A stretch of 62,707 bases of DNA, filler included, from Stramenopiles sp. TOSAG23-3 (Eukaryota): NCBI GenBank assembly GCA_900128585.1. It is 25 parts of 25 records of this genome, joined end to end, with 100 filler letters (N's around TTAATTAATTAA, not from the genome) between each part and the next. Parts side by side here need not be neighbours in the genome. Positions count along the whole stretch, not along the records: positions 42,785 to 45,192 come from LT644835.1; positions 45,293 to 47,699 come from LT644836.1; positions 47,800 to 50,205 come from LT644837.1; positions 50,306 to 52,708 come from LT644838.1; positions 52,809 to 55,208 come from LT644839.1; positions 55,309 to 57,708 come from LT644840.1; 19 more parts are not named here. One strand, 5' to 3'. The notes below the pieces were generated by a model. That model worked only from the letters and a program-made list of their open reading frames with translations. It did not search any database and was not told where the DNA came from. Within the stretch, counting starts at the first letter, position 1, and each line of letters opens with the position of its first letter. Made by a program: the position numbers and the translations under genes. Positions 44,607-55,309 of the stretch are shown here, piece by piece.

Positions 44607-44807
44607 CTTGGCGGCAGCAACGCACCCCAATTGCCGGCAACGGAACCTATTTTTTAAATTCCTCTCTTCTGGGCCCATTTCTGGGTCCGATAGACAGGGG
44701 GCTGTTTAAAGGTTATGTATGCAGTGCGCATATTGCTCATTGTACAAATGTAAAATAAAAACTTGAAACTATTATTTTCTTGTGTTTAGGTGTATAAAGT
44801 TGTTTTC

Positions 44808-45192
44808 TCAGTAGTTCAGTTCATCGTAGACGCCCGGCTGTTTGTCAGCAATAAGCACCGAAGACCTCACTGCCCCGATCGCAAAGACTTCTCGACGCGT
44901 CGCCCTATGGATGATTTCCACACGCTCGCCCGGCCCCGCCAAATGAATGGTATGCTCGCCAAACACGTCTCCTAGGCGCAAGTCATTGCATCGAATTTCC
45001 TTCCCCTCAAGCACCGGAGCATTCGTGGCCTTCATGGCGTTAACTAGTTTCTTTCCTGTTCCACTAGGAGCATCCAACTTCCGGGTATGGTGTGTTTCTG
45101 TCATTTCAACGTTCCAGCCAGCGGGCAGCGCTTTCACCGCCATCTGCGCAAGCTTTGTTACGAGCGGGATCCCAATGCTAAAGTTGGGTACA
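44808..45192 (-). CDS. dapB: 4-hydroxy-tetrahydrodipicolinate reductase, C-terminal part
   Basis: PNFSIGI, ETHHTRKLDAPSGT, RLGDVFGEHTI, ERVEIIHRATRREVFAIGA. Confidence 0.92.
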
Positions 45193-45292
45193 NNNNNNNN
45201 NNNNNNNNNNNNNNNNNNNNNNNNNNNNNNNNNNNNTTAATTAATTAANNNNNNNNNNNNNNNNNNNNNNNNNNNNNNNNNNNNNNNNNNNN

Positions 45293-45529
45293 GTCCTGGC
45301 AATCCTCTTCCTCGAACGACACTTCCCCCGTCGTGTACTGCGCGTTCCCCCCCGTGTTAAGTGACGAAAAGTACAGCGACCACGTCGGGTACACGTACGT
45401 TTGCTCCCGTAAGGCCCTCGCCCCCTGGTTGGCGTAAAATATACTGAACGTCGTGCTAAAGGCGGCCAGCCCCACTAAAACGACGGCGCAGGCCACTATG
45501 GAGGCGCATTTCCAACTCGACAACCGCAT
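45293..45529 (-). CDS. N-terminus of a type II membrane/secreted protein, truncated
   Basis: MRLSSWKCASIVACAVVLVGLAAFSTTFSIFY; divergent from the ABCC gene. Confidence 0.6.
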
Positions 45530-46072
45530 CGTCCTACCCTGCCCACGCCCCGGCCAGCCCTCCTGTTGATGAATGGTTCTCTCCTCTCCTCTCTGTCTCT
45601 CCCCTCCGTCTCTCCCCCTCCTATCCTTCCCCGAGTTCCACTGTTTCGGTAAGAACGGGAAAGCACAAATACTTTGCCCAACGGCGTCCGTCCTACTTGA
45701 CACCACCCCGCCCGTACTACCGAAAATGAAAAAAAAAGAAAAAACAATTTGAAAAAAAAATAAATTATAATATGTATGATGCTGTGTTTATGTTAAAAAA
45801 GTACATACGACATTTTTTATACTTACTTTTTTGTGGAGGAGGAGAAGATGATGATGATTGATTTCGGAAAAAAGGTCTGAGTAGATTATTCAAATACGAG
45901 ATATGGAGAAGAATCCAACTATTGAAAAGGTATAGTCCAACTTTGTACAGTTTCATACGAAATTAACCCCACAATTATAATACGAAATTAACCCCACAAT
46001 TATTAAACAGAAAGTGAAGGGGTAATATTGATTTCTGCTAATTAATCGAATACTGTTCGTTCGGTTGGTGCA

Positions 46073-47699
46073 ATGGCGACCGTCGCGCAGCGCCCGGTCA
46101 AGGAGAAGAACCCGGAGACGGAGTTGGAGTTGCAAACGAATCCTCTGGATGGGAACAGAAACCCACTGCAGGTTTTGCTGTTTCTGTTCATGCAAAAGCT
46201 AATCGTCGCTGGGACGAAGGGCCCGCTGGAAATGGCGGATATGTTTGCCCTGCCGCACCACGATCTCTCGACTCAGACGTGGAAAAGGGTAGAGAAAGAG
46301 TTTGAGCGCGAACGAAATTCTATCACGGAAGCGGAGCGGAAAAAGGTAAAGGATACGAACTATACGTCCGGGTGGAGAATTTTTAGGGCCCTCTACCGCG
46401 CGAACGGCGCCCAATCAATGTGGGGGGGAATCAGCCTTCTCGTTTGGGTCTCGGCTTACTCGGTCCAACCCTTGTTTGTACGGGCCATTTTAAACAAAAC
46501 TGTTGGAAGAACGGACCCCATTTTTGGTGGCTTTTCGAGCACGGGGCTGTTTCTGACGTTGCTGAGCGTTGCAGTCGTGCAGATAGTTTTTCTCAATCAT
46601 GGTTTTTTCTGGATGTTCCGCTTCGGGTTTCGGATGAGGTCAACCGTGATGAACTTCGTGTACAGGAAATCCATAAAGCTGTCTTCGTCTGCAAAGCTGT
46701 CTCAATCGAGTGGAAGCATCGTTACCTTAATGAGCGTCGACCCCATGCTAATTTTCGGTGGGACCGTCTCCCAGCACTGGATATGGCTGGGGCCCGCGTT
46801 GATCGTGGTGTCGATGTCTTTGCTGACGACGGAGCTCGGCCCAGTGGCAATCGTCCCCGTGGCCGTCATGATGGCCATGGCCACCGCACAAGTGAAGCTG
46901 TTCAAACTAATCAGTGTCACACGGCGGGGGCTTCTGAAAAAGACGGACGAGCGAATCGGCATCACCACAGAGATCTTAAGCGGAATTCGAATCGTCAAGA
47001 GTTACGCCTGGGAAAAGCGCGCGGCGCGGCAGGTTCAAAAATTGCGCGACGAGGAGACGGAAAAATTGCGCGTGCTGCTGTACTTGCAGGCTGCAAATCA
47101 GGTCATTTTTTTCATTTCCCCCCCCGTCATTGGGATCGCCGCATTCTTAACGTACCAGTATTTTTACCAAGACATAACTGTGCCGAAAGTTATCGTGGTT
47201 CTGGCGTACACGAATCTGCTCCGGTTGCCCATGGCAATCATGCCGCGCGCAATAGGCCAATTTATCGAAAGTTTTGTATCCTTTCGAAGGCTAGAAAAGT
47301 TTTACTTTTTTAACGAAGAGGTTCCGTCTCGAAAGCCATTTGATGTCGTCGACGCAGCGTGCCCGGACGCCATTGCCCTGGAAGACAGCCAATTCCAGTG
47401 GGAACACTCGTCTTCTCCAGTGAACTCCACCAGCGAAAAAGCCGACAAAGATTCCTCACGCAAGGCTCACACGCCATTCACGCTGAGCATCAATGAGCTG
47501 AAGATCAAGAAGGGGCAGCTGTGCATTGTGTGCGGAACCGTAGGAAGCGGAAAAACGTCCCTTCTTGCAGCAATTTTGGGTGAAATGTGCTGCAAGAAAA
47601 ACAAAGTGTTTGTCAACGGGAAAGTGTCGTACGTCTCCCAGAGGCCTTGGATTCAGAACTCCACCGTTCGGGACGGGATACTGTTCACCCGCGATTTTG
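46073..47699 (+). CDS. ABCC/MRP transporter, TMD1 and start of NBD1, 3'-truncated
   Basis: VYRKSIKLS, TDERIGITTEILSGIRIVKSYAWE, GTVGSGKTSLLAAILGEM, YVSQRPWIQNSTVRDGILF. Confidence 0.95.
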
Positions 47700-48098
47700 N
47701 NNNNNNNNNNNNNNNNNNNNNNNNNNNNNNNNNNNNNNNNNNNTTAATTAATTAANNNNNNNNNNNNNNNNNNNNNNNNNNNNNNNNNNNNNNNNNNNNG
47801 TTGTTCGATGGAGAGTGGAGAGGAGGAAAAAGAAGAAGAAAGAAGGATGGAAAAACTTTTTTTTTATTTATTTATAAATTTCTTCAGAAAAATGCTTAAA
47901 CTTAACACTTTTTTGAAAAACTAGTTTTAGATTAAAAATTAGCTTGTGTACTTTGTACGATTTACGATAATTCTTAATTCTAGATAAACTGAATAAGTTT
48001 TTTGTTTTTAACAATTAAGAGTGTGGGCCCATCACTGTCCGTATTCCGACCCGTCCATACACGAAGTCTACGAGTTCTTAGTATTTGCTGGGACTCTT

Positions 48099-49901
48099 TC
48101 AAGCGCCGTCGCCCTTTTCCGTCGGTGCGGCGTGCTTGCCGCCGCCATCGGCGTACGGCTTCGTCCCCAAGGCCTTGTACTCACCGTTTGCAAGATTCCA
48201 TGCTCCAAACCCAAAAAATAGCAGCGACAGTAGCTTGGGGATACCGCCGAGAAGCAACACTACTGTGCTCAATTGGCCATTGTCGTAATACGCACAGGAG
48301 CCTTGGTCGCCGCAGACATCTTTGTTCCAGTGCTTGCAGGTGCTATCGACCATGGCGGCCCAAACGGGTACCCCCGGAATGTTTCCCAACACTCGGTAAA
48401 TTAAATCATTGACAGCCAGCGCGTTCGCGCTCTGGCCGGCGGGTACAATGCGCATCATGACCATCTGCGACGGAGGGTTGTTTGCAAACGTGGCGAAAAT
48501 AGCTATAAAGAATAAAACAATGGTGAGTGGCAGCTTGTTACATTTTAAGCTGTCACAGATCCCTGCCTTGACGGAGGTAAACGTTTTTCCACAAACCCCG
48601 CAGTTTGAATACTCTCCGGAATCCTTCGAGTACTCCGTGCAGCCGGCATAGCAGCCGCTGAAGTGTAATTTTTCTCCATTTTCGCAAACGGGCTCAAATT
48701 TGTCGAAGCAGTTGCAATTGGTAGTAGCATTCCCGTTGCTGCTGCAGTCGTCCTGGTTCTCGAAGCTCAGGGTGTCGCACTGAATGCTGTACAGCAGCAG
48801 GACGAGCACGAGGGCCACGGCGGCAATTTTTTTCGTCAGGCCGGACGTATCGCTTAAGCTTTTGCTGCGCTTCGAATCCACGACACCACCCGCCAGTTGG
48901 CCGAACACTGCTGCTGGAACAAGTAGCCCGCCGGTCAACAATGATGCATTAGATGGGTTCATGCTGAAGTAGCTCGCAAAGATCTTTGGGCCGTAATTGT
49001 TGATGCCGACGACAAAGAATGCTTCCACGCTCGCAGCAGCGGAAAACCACCAAAACACGCGGTTTGACAGAATAAGCTTTGCATTCTTCAAGAAATCGTT
49101 GAGGGACTGCCCTTGGGCTTTTTCGTTCATATCCGCGACGCCGTCCTCTGCATCGGGGTTCCCGTCAGAGCTAACACTTGCCAACAGAATTTCTTTGTTT
49201 GGGGCCTCGTCCGTCATCGTCTTTGGCAGTTTGAAATGGTAGAAGGGAACGATCCCCGCCAGAACAACTGCGACCACGAGGTAAGGCACCCCCCAGGCTG
49301 TCTCCGTCGCAAATGTGCCCATTACAATAAAGCCAAAGGCCACGCCCAAAGGACCGCATGCGAAAAAGTACGCAACATAACGCGTCGCCAAGGATGGTGC
49401 AGCGTTCGCGTTGATATAGGCTGGGATCAGTGTGTACATGCAGGCCCCCGCCATCCCATTCATGGCCTGGCCGACAAATACGAAGTACTGCAACCCACTG
49501 GAGTCTACTTTCTTGTCGCACGACGCCGCGTCCGGGTGGCCCCCGACGTAGCAAAGGTTTGCGACGGGGGTTGAACTCTCGGCCTGCGCAACAATCCATG
49601 GTATGGCGGTGATGAGGGCGCTCAGGGCGCAGATAGCGCACTGCCAGGCCAAGTGCTTGGGAATGTGCCCTGGAGAACAAAAGTACGTCAAGGGTATGGC
49701 CGACGCGAGCTTTGCAAAAGTGTACGAGGACACCGCCGGGCTGGTCTCCAGTGCAGTCAGTCTGAACACCTTCTCCCATACACCCAACGTGACGGGGATA
49801 AAACCAGAGGCGTAACCGCCTTGAAAGAAAACGTATAGACAGGAAATGAAAACAAACCCTTCGATCCTTTGCAGGAACGGCTTCTTGGCATTGTTGTCCA
49901 T
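48099..49901 (-). CDS. Organic anion transporter (OATP/SLCO) with Kazal-like loop
   Basis: Multiple TMs; CNCFDKFEPVCENG..HFSGCYAGC; RVLGNIPGVPVWAAMVDSTCKHW...CGDQGSCAYYDN. Confidence 0.92.
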   Translation of the reverse strand: MDNNAKKPFLQRIEGFVFISCLYVFFQGGYASGFIPVTLGVWEKVFRLTALETSPAVSSYTFAKLASAIPLTYFCSPGHIPKHLAWQCAICALSALITAIPWIVAQAESSTPVANLCYVGGHPDAASCDKKVDSSGLQYFVFVGQAMNGMAGACMYTLIPAYINANAAPSLATRYVAYFFACGPLGVAFGFIVMGTFATETAWGVPYLVVAVVLAGIVPFYHFKLPKTMTDEAPNKEILLASVSSDGNPDAEDGVADMNEKAQGQSLNDFLKNAKLILSNRVFWWFSAAASVEAFFVVGINNYGPKIFASYFSMNPSNASLLTGGLLVPAAVFGQLAGGVVDSKRSKSLSDTSGLTKKIAAVALVLVLLLYSIQCDTLSFENQDDCSSNGNATTNCNCFDKFEPVCENGEKLHFSGCYAGCTEYSKDSGEYSNCGVCGKTFTSVKAGICDSLKCNKLPLTIVLFFIAIFATFANNPPSQMVMMRIVPAGQSANALAVNDLIYRVLGNIPGVPVWAAMVDSTCKHWNKDVCGDQGSCAYYDNGQLSTVVLLLGGIPKLLSLLFFGFGAWNLANGEYKALGTKPYADGGGKHAAPTEKGDGA

Positions 49902-50305
49902 TGTTGGCTTCAAACGCACTCTCAACTTTCCTTTTATTGTATCGCCCTTTTCTGAACAACAAACAACACTTTCTGTGAGAAATTCTTTTTGTGTTTTAAT
50001 GATATCTACCGATGCGCAGAGCGTAGATGTACATATCTGTATACAAATATCTTTCGAACCAAAACCTTGTGATGAACTTAAATCTTCTCTGTCTATTAAA
50101 ATCGTGTATAAACGTATAAACGTATAAACGTATAAACGTTCGAAGGTATGTATGTACAATAAAAAAATGCATTATTCAATCTGCTGGCTGCTGCTGCTGC
50201 TGCTGNNNNNNNNNNNNNNNNNNNNNNNNNNNNNNNNNNNNNNNNNNNNTTAATTAATTAANNNNNNNNNNNNNNNNNNNNNNNNNNNNNNNNNNNNNNN
50301 NNNNN

Positions 50306-50537
50306 TTGTAACCGTGAAATCGGTTGCTTGTGCTGTGAATACACCGGTTGAGGTGACCGTAATGGTATCATCCTCTGCCAAAGCGCCACTTCCGCTTACG
50401 TCTGCACCGAAGGTAAGTAACGTTGGCGTAGCACTCGTGCGAAGATCGTTCGCAACGAACGCCGCAGAACCTACCGAAGTAGCGTTGGCGACGTGACTGC
50501 ATAGAGCAGACAAGAATAGAACTAAGAAAATTTTCAT
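50306..50537 (-). CDS. Secreted T/A/S-rich beta protein, N-terminal fragment
   Basis: Signal peptide MKIFLVLFLSALCSHVANA; open to the contig end. Confidence 0.7.
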
Positions 50538-51329
50538 GTTGTTGGTTGCTTTTGTTTTTGTTCCTGATTTAATATATGATATCCTGTCGCAAATTGTTGA
50601 CACCTCCTAAACTTTAACTTGTCATCGATTTCCATACCGTTCAATACACATACTTCGTTTATCTCTAAGTTGTAGGATTTGTTTATCTCTAAGTTGTAGG
50701 ATTTCGACGGAAGGCGTACCACATGGTATAATAATACATTACGATCAGCAATGGATATTATTTAATACCGCTTACTAATGACAAAGTTCCAATCTAACAT
50801 CCAGCATCACAGCATTGTTATAAAGTTTTCCGAATCCGAACGAAACAATTTTTTCCCCCCTTTCGCCTTGCTATTCCCATAGTAGTCTCTTGGAATGTTT
50901 GTCGAGTTGACGATATAAAAAATAAATTGTGGCGGCTCAATGGTATGTAGTAGTACAACTGCTTCCTTTTTCTTCTTTTTTTTGGTTTTGGATCCATTTT
51001 TTTGGTTTTGGATCCAATGGATGTTGATCGTTTTCGGTGGTATTCCCCTGTGGCAATTACAAGTATAGATCGTCGTATGGTTTTCAAAATAGTATGCCTA
51101 TTCGATTGGCATCGCTAGAGAACAGGCAGAACACAGTAGGAAAAACAAATTAGACTATCCGATTACTGTACTTCGAGAATAATTCTTTTGAAGTTTTTCT
51201 CTTCCATCGTCGAAGAAAGTTTTTTTAGCAGCCACACAGGACACTGCTGTTAATTTTAATAAAGGAATAATACGGGAATACTACCACCCCCAAAAACGCA
51301 AATAGTTTTTGTTTTTAAAGAATGTTGCG

Positions 51330-51467
51330 TTAGGGGGCTTTCTTTAGGGAAGTTGCTTAGGGTTTGCGATCTAAGACGTTGCTTAGGGTTTGCGATCTAA
51401 GACGTTGCCTAGGGTTTGCGATCTGAGGGGTATTTCGGCTTCGTCTAGCAAAAATTGCGTAGGGTTG
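51330..51467 (+). repeat. 26-bp tandem repeat containing telomere-like TTAGGGTTT
   Basis: gttgcttagggtttgcgatctaagac at 51352 and 51378, a partial third copy at 51404, flanked by further TTAGGG/TTTAGGG/TAGGG words. Confidence 0.88.
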
Positions 51468-52810
51468 TGTGTTTACGAATCCGTCTGCGGCCACGGTCGG
51501 CCTAAATTCCTCTGAAAAAAAGGAAACGCATAGGGGCAGGCTGCCTAGGCCTGTCGCCAGGCGAACTTTCCGAGGGCATTCGAGAAGCAACAACCTCCGC
51601 GTCTCGCCAGGCGGATCTCCCGAGGGCGTCCGAGAAGCAGCTAGGGTACATGAAAGCATTCTGCCGGGGCTGGGTGCCTCGGTTCTGTGGCAGCGGGTGC
51701 GCTCATTTAAGTCCCCCCCTCTCCGTTAACTCCCCAATTGTATCTCTGTGTGACTGTCTATCATATCGAGCCTTGGAACAACGAGGCCCGACTGGAATAG
51801 CAAACCCTCTGCTGTTTGAGTTTGCTCCGTAAGGCACACCGTCAGGTCGAACCCCAGAGCACGAAAAGCGTCTTTGCCGTCCACCTAACTGAACTGCGCG
51901 GCCGGTTTCATGAAGGAGACGTAGGTTTCTACCTCCGTATCCGACTCATCCTTCACAACTGCTGTGGGTGCCGGCGATGTTGTCTCCGCCCCGCTTGAAT
52001 GTGTCTTGACCGTCGGCTTGGCTTTCAACAATACCCTGAAGTTCTGCCCCTTCACACTCGCCCGTTTTGTCTGCCGCTGAACGCGTCTGTAGGTTTCCAA
52101 GAGACGCGAGCGTCGGTCCAATGGAGACTCGTTAAAAGGCATCTTCTACCCAAGTTACGATGGGTATTCGATGAGACAGCCCTGAAGGACAATATCTGCA
52201 TTGTGTGTGCAGTTGGCATTGTAATTTTTCCATTACCAACTACATCAGTGATGAGAATTGTGTACGATGGCGTTGCCGCTGCAGATGGTATTGATGGCTT
52301 CATGATTACTGTACTTAAATTCTTGTTCACTTGTGCTAGTTGTTAGGGAAACCTGAAAAAGTGTTTTTTTTTCCTTGTCGCTGTAACATTCTATAAAGCA
52401 AAAAATCACGCACAATAGGTATTTTCCAGTAGGTATAAATAGAAAAGAAAAAAACAAATGCCCAATGATATGCTTATGTGTTAGATGTTACTATCCAAAT
52501 GCATTAGAATACAAAACGAAAAATAAAATGTGATAATAAAGTGGTGTTTCCAAAAAAAAATATTTTAAATGCTGCGACATTCGTATGACATTTTAGAGTG
52601 ACTAGCAAAAACCCTACTATAACTAACTATCTCACTATTTCGTGCCAGGGTACGACTGAATGTAAAAATCTTCCATGCGACGTGCAGGTCGTCGGTGTAA
52701 ACCCAGGCNNNNNNNNNNNNNNNNNNNNNNNNNNNNNNNNNNNNNNNNNNNNTTAATTAATTAANNNNNNNNNNNNNNNNNNNNNNNNNNNNNNNNNNNN
52801 NNNNNNNNGC

Positions 52811-55208
52811 GATGGGTCAAGTCAACGTTGTACGATCTGCAAAGAATACGGACACAGATACGACCAATGCCCAAACGTATCAGACCCGCAACACCATGAG
52901 TCACGCCGAAACAATTACCGAAATCGTTCAAACCAACAAAATCGGAACAAAACCAAAAATCGCCAGCGCGACAACTACCGAAGCGAAAGCGCCGAAAACG
53001 CAAAGCAGATACAAGCTTTGCAGAAGGCCCTACAGCAAGTCATGCGGAATCCCAACACCTCATTGCAAGCAAACATCGTTACCGAAGGACATTGGTCTGG
53101 CATACCAAAGTCACAAAACGTCCTCATGATCTCGACCCCGGAAAAGGTGAGCAAACAAATTTCACAAGCAAATCAAAATCGTGAAAATCATCTCAAATTA
53201 TACAAGCTCAAAACGATCGAACCGTACTCACTCAAATCAATCGAAACGACAACCAAAGAAAATCCAAAATTCGATATAACATTCAAGGGTGAGATTGCTG
53301 GAAAACGACTATACGAGCTGACTGAAGCCGAAAAGAACCGACTGCTTTACGAACTCCTACAGGATCGAGACGACGACATACCCACGACGTACGCTACACT
53401 GAAAAGGCAACACGATGCCTACAAAGAAAGCAAGAAAACAAAATCGAAACCACTGGCAGAGGACGAGTTGACAACCAAGCATCCGGACGAGCTAAACCAC
53501 GAACAACTCGACCGCGTTCTGGAAAGTCAAGCACACAAGGACAACCACGACGGTGACAAGAAAATAGGCGAACAAGACGACACCATCGATCTAACGAAGA
53601 ATGAACCAGACGAAAAGATGCCAGCTCAAACACACGAACCTCGAGATTTCAACCAAGCATACGTGCAAGCACCGATCGACGAAAATGACATGACTGCTAG
53701 CGCACCACCATCGCCATTTGGTTACAAATCATACAAGGAAAGTACTCCCTCGGACGCGGACGCGAACAGCGAAATGCAAAATTGGGTCGAAGCACGCGTC
53801 ATAGCAAACTCACCATACGACGAATACTGTGAAGACACACTGACGCAACTATTGATCGCCAAGCGGAGCAAAACGCTAAAAGAAGTCAACGACAAAATCC
53901 GACAACTCAAATACGAGCTTGCCGCCCTCGAAGAACAACGAAATCTGTATCGACTGCCAATCACAGACTTACTTAACCCAAAGGTAAACTCAAACATTGA
54001 AAGCCCGGACTACGCAAGGAACCGGAGCAACCGCTACGACCCACACAGGCGACAATATGACAAGAAATCGCCCAGAGGAAGACACTCCGGCAAGATTCAT
54101 CAACACAAACCATCAAAAGCCATATTGGAAAAGCAAAGGACTCGGGAACTCGACAAAATCAAGGCACGTATGCACCGCCAACAACGACAATTGAATCAGG
54201 TAACGACTGCAATACAACGACAGAAAATTCGAACTCCAGCCGCACGAAAGGTCAATCCTAACCACCACGTATTCATGATAAACGGCACACCTCGCAGATC
54301 AGAGAGATTACGGAAACGAAACAGGCACCCACAGTCCACGTTTGACAAAAACTCCTGGGTCCTGGACAGCGGAGCCACAGTGTCATACGTCAACTCCCTA
54401 CGCTACCTATCAAACGTCGAACTGCTAGCCACACCAGCAGAAATCGGATGTGCACTTTCCGGAAAGAAAGAAGTCATCAACTACTTCGGCACACTTCCGA
54501 ACGGAATGCAAGCACTTTACGCCCCGAATTTCATTTCAAATCTGATATCAGCACAAGACGCCACAAAATGTTTTGGAAAACTTACACTCTCAGCAACCGA
54601 AATAACGGCAAACGTACAGGGACGAGAAACCCAAATCGCAGAATTCAACGACGGACAATATATAATATCACCAGAGAAATTCCTGTCGATACCTGCTACA
54701 CGACCGTGCACGACGCCCCTGCACGCAAACCTGGTAGCGACAATCGACGATGCCAAACTTCGATTCCGCCAAACAGGCGCACCCGGACTAGGAAAACTTT
54801 GTTCCCTACAAAACCACATCAACGGTTTTCCGAAAATCGCACCAGAAGACGGTCGACGACTTTTCAGGCACCACGACGTTATCAAAACAATTGCAACCAC
54901 CAGACAAATTGCAACCTCCTTCAAGCATACCAATCGAAATGAGGATCACCCGGAACAACGAGCATACAAATTCCTCGAGAAAATCAGCTGCGACACCGCT
55001 CACGAACCGAACCACCCGTCCATCAACGGGGATCACCAATGGGAATCCATCAAATGCCACGGAACGAACTATGGATGGGTCCTCCCATTACAAGACGTAA
55101 AAGACCTGCGCCGCGAACTGCCCAAGTTTCTAGACAACATCCAAAACCACTGCGGCATGCCAATACGGATCATAAAAACCGACAACCATCAGTGCTACAA
55201 AAACTCAT
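52811..55208 (+). mobile_element. Ty1/copia-like LTR retrotransposon Gag-Pol internal fragment (Zn knuckle, protease, integrase start)
   Basis: Single frame open from 52811: CTICKEYGHRYDQC, WVLDSGAT, ALYAPNFISNLIS, then integrase LEKISCDT...IRIIKTDN. Protease-integrase order is copia-type; strongly A/C-rich sense strand. Confidence 0.88.
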
Positions 55209-55309
55209 NNNNNNNNNNNNNNNNNNNNNNNNNNNNNNNNNNNNNNNNNNNNTTAATTAATTAANNNNNNNNNNNNNNNNNNNNNNNNNNNNNNNNNNNN
55301 NNNNNNNNA

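Noticed and set aside
51690-51760. RNase MRP/P or telomerase RNA hinted by aagtcccc and caattggggag words
   Set aside because: Could not place both conserved P4 strands or a single template region; left to an Infernal scan.
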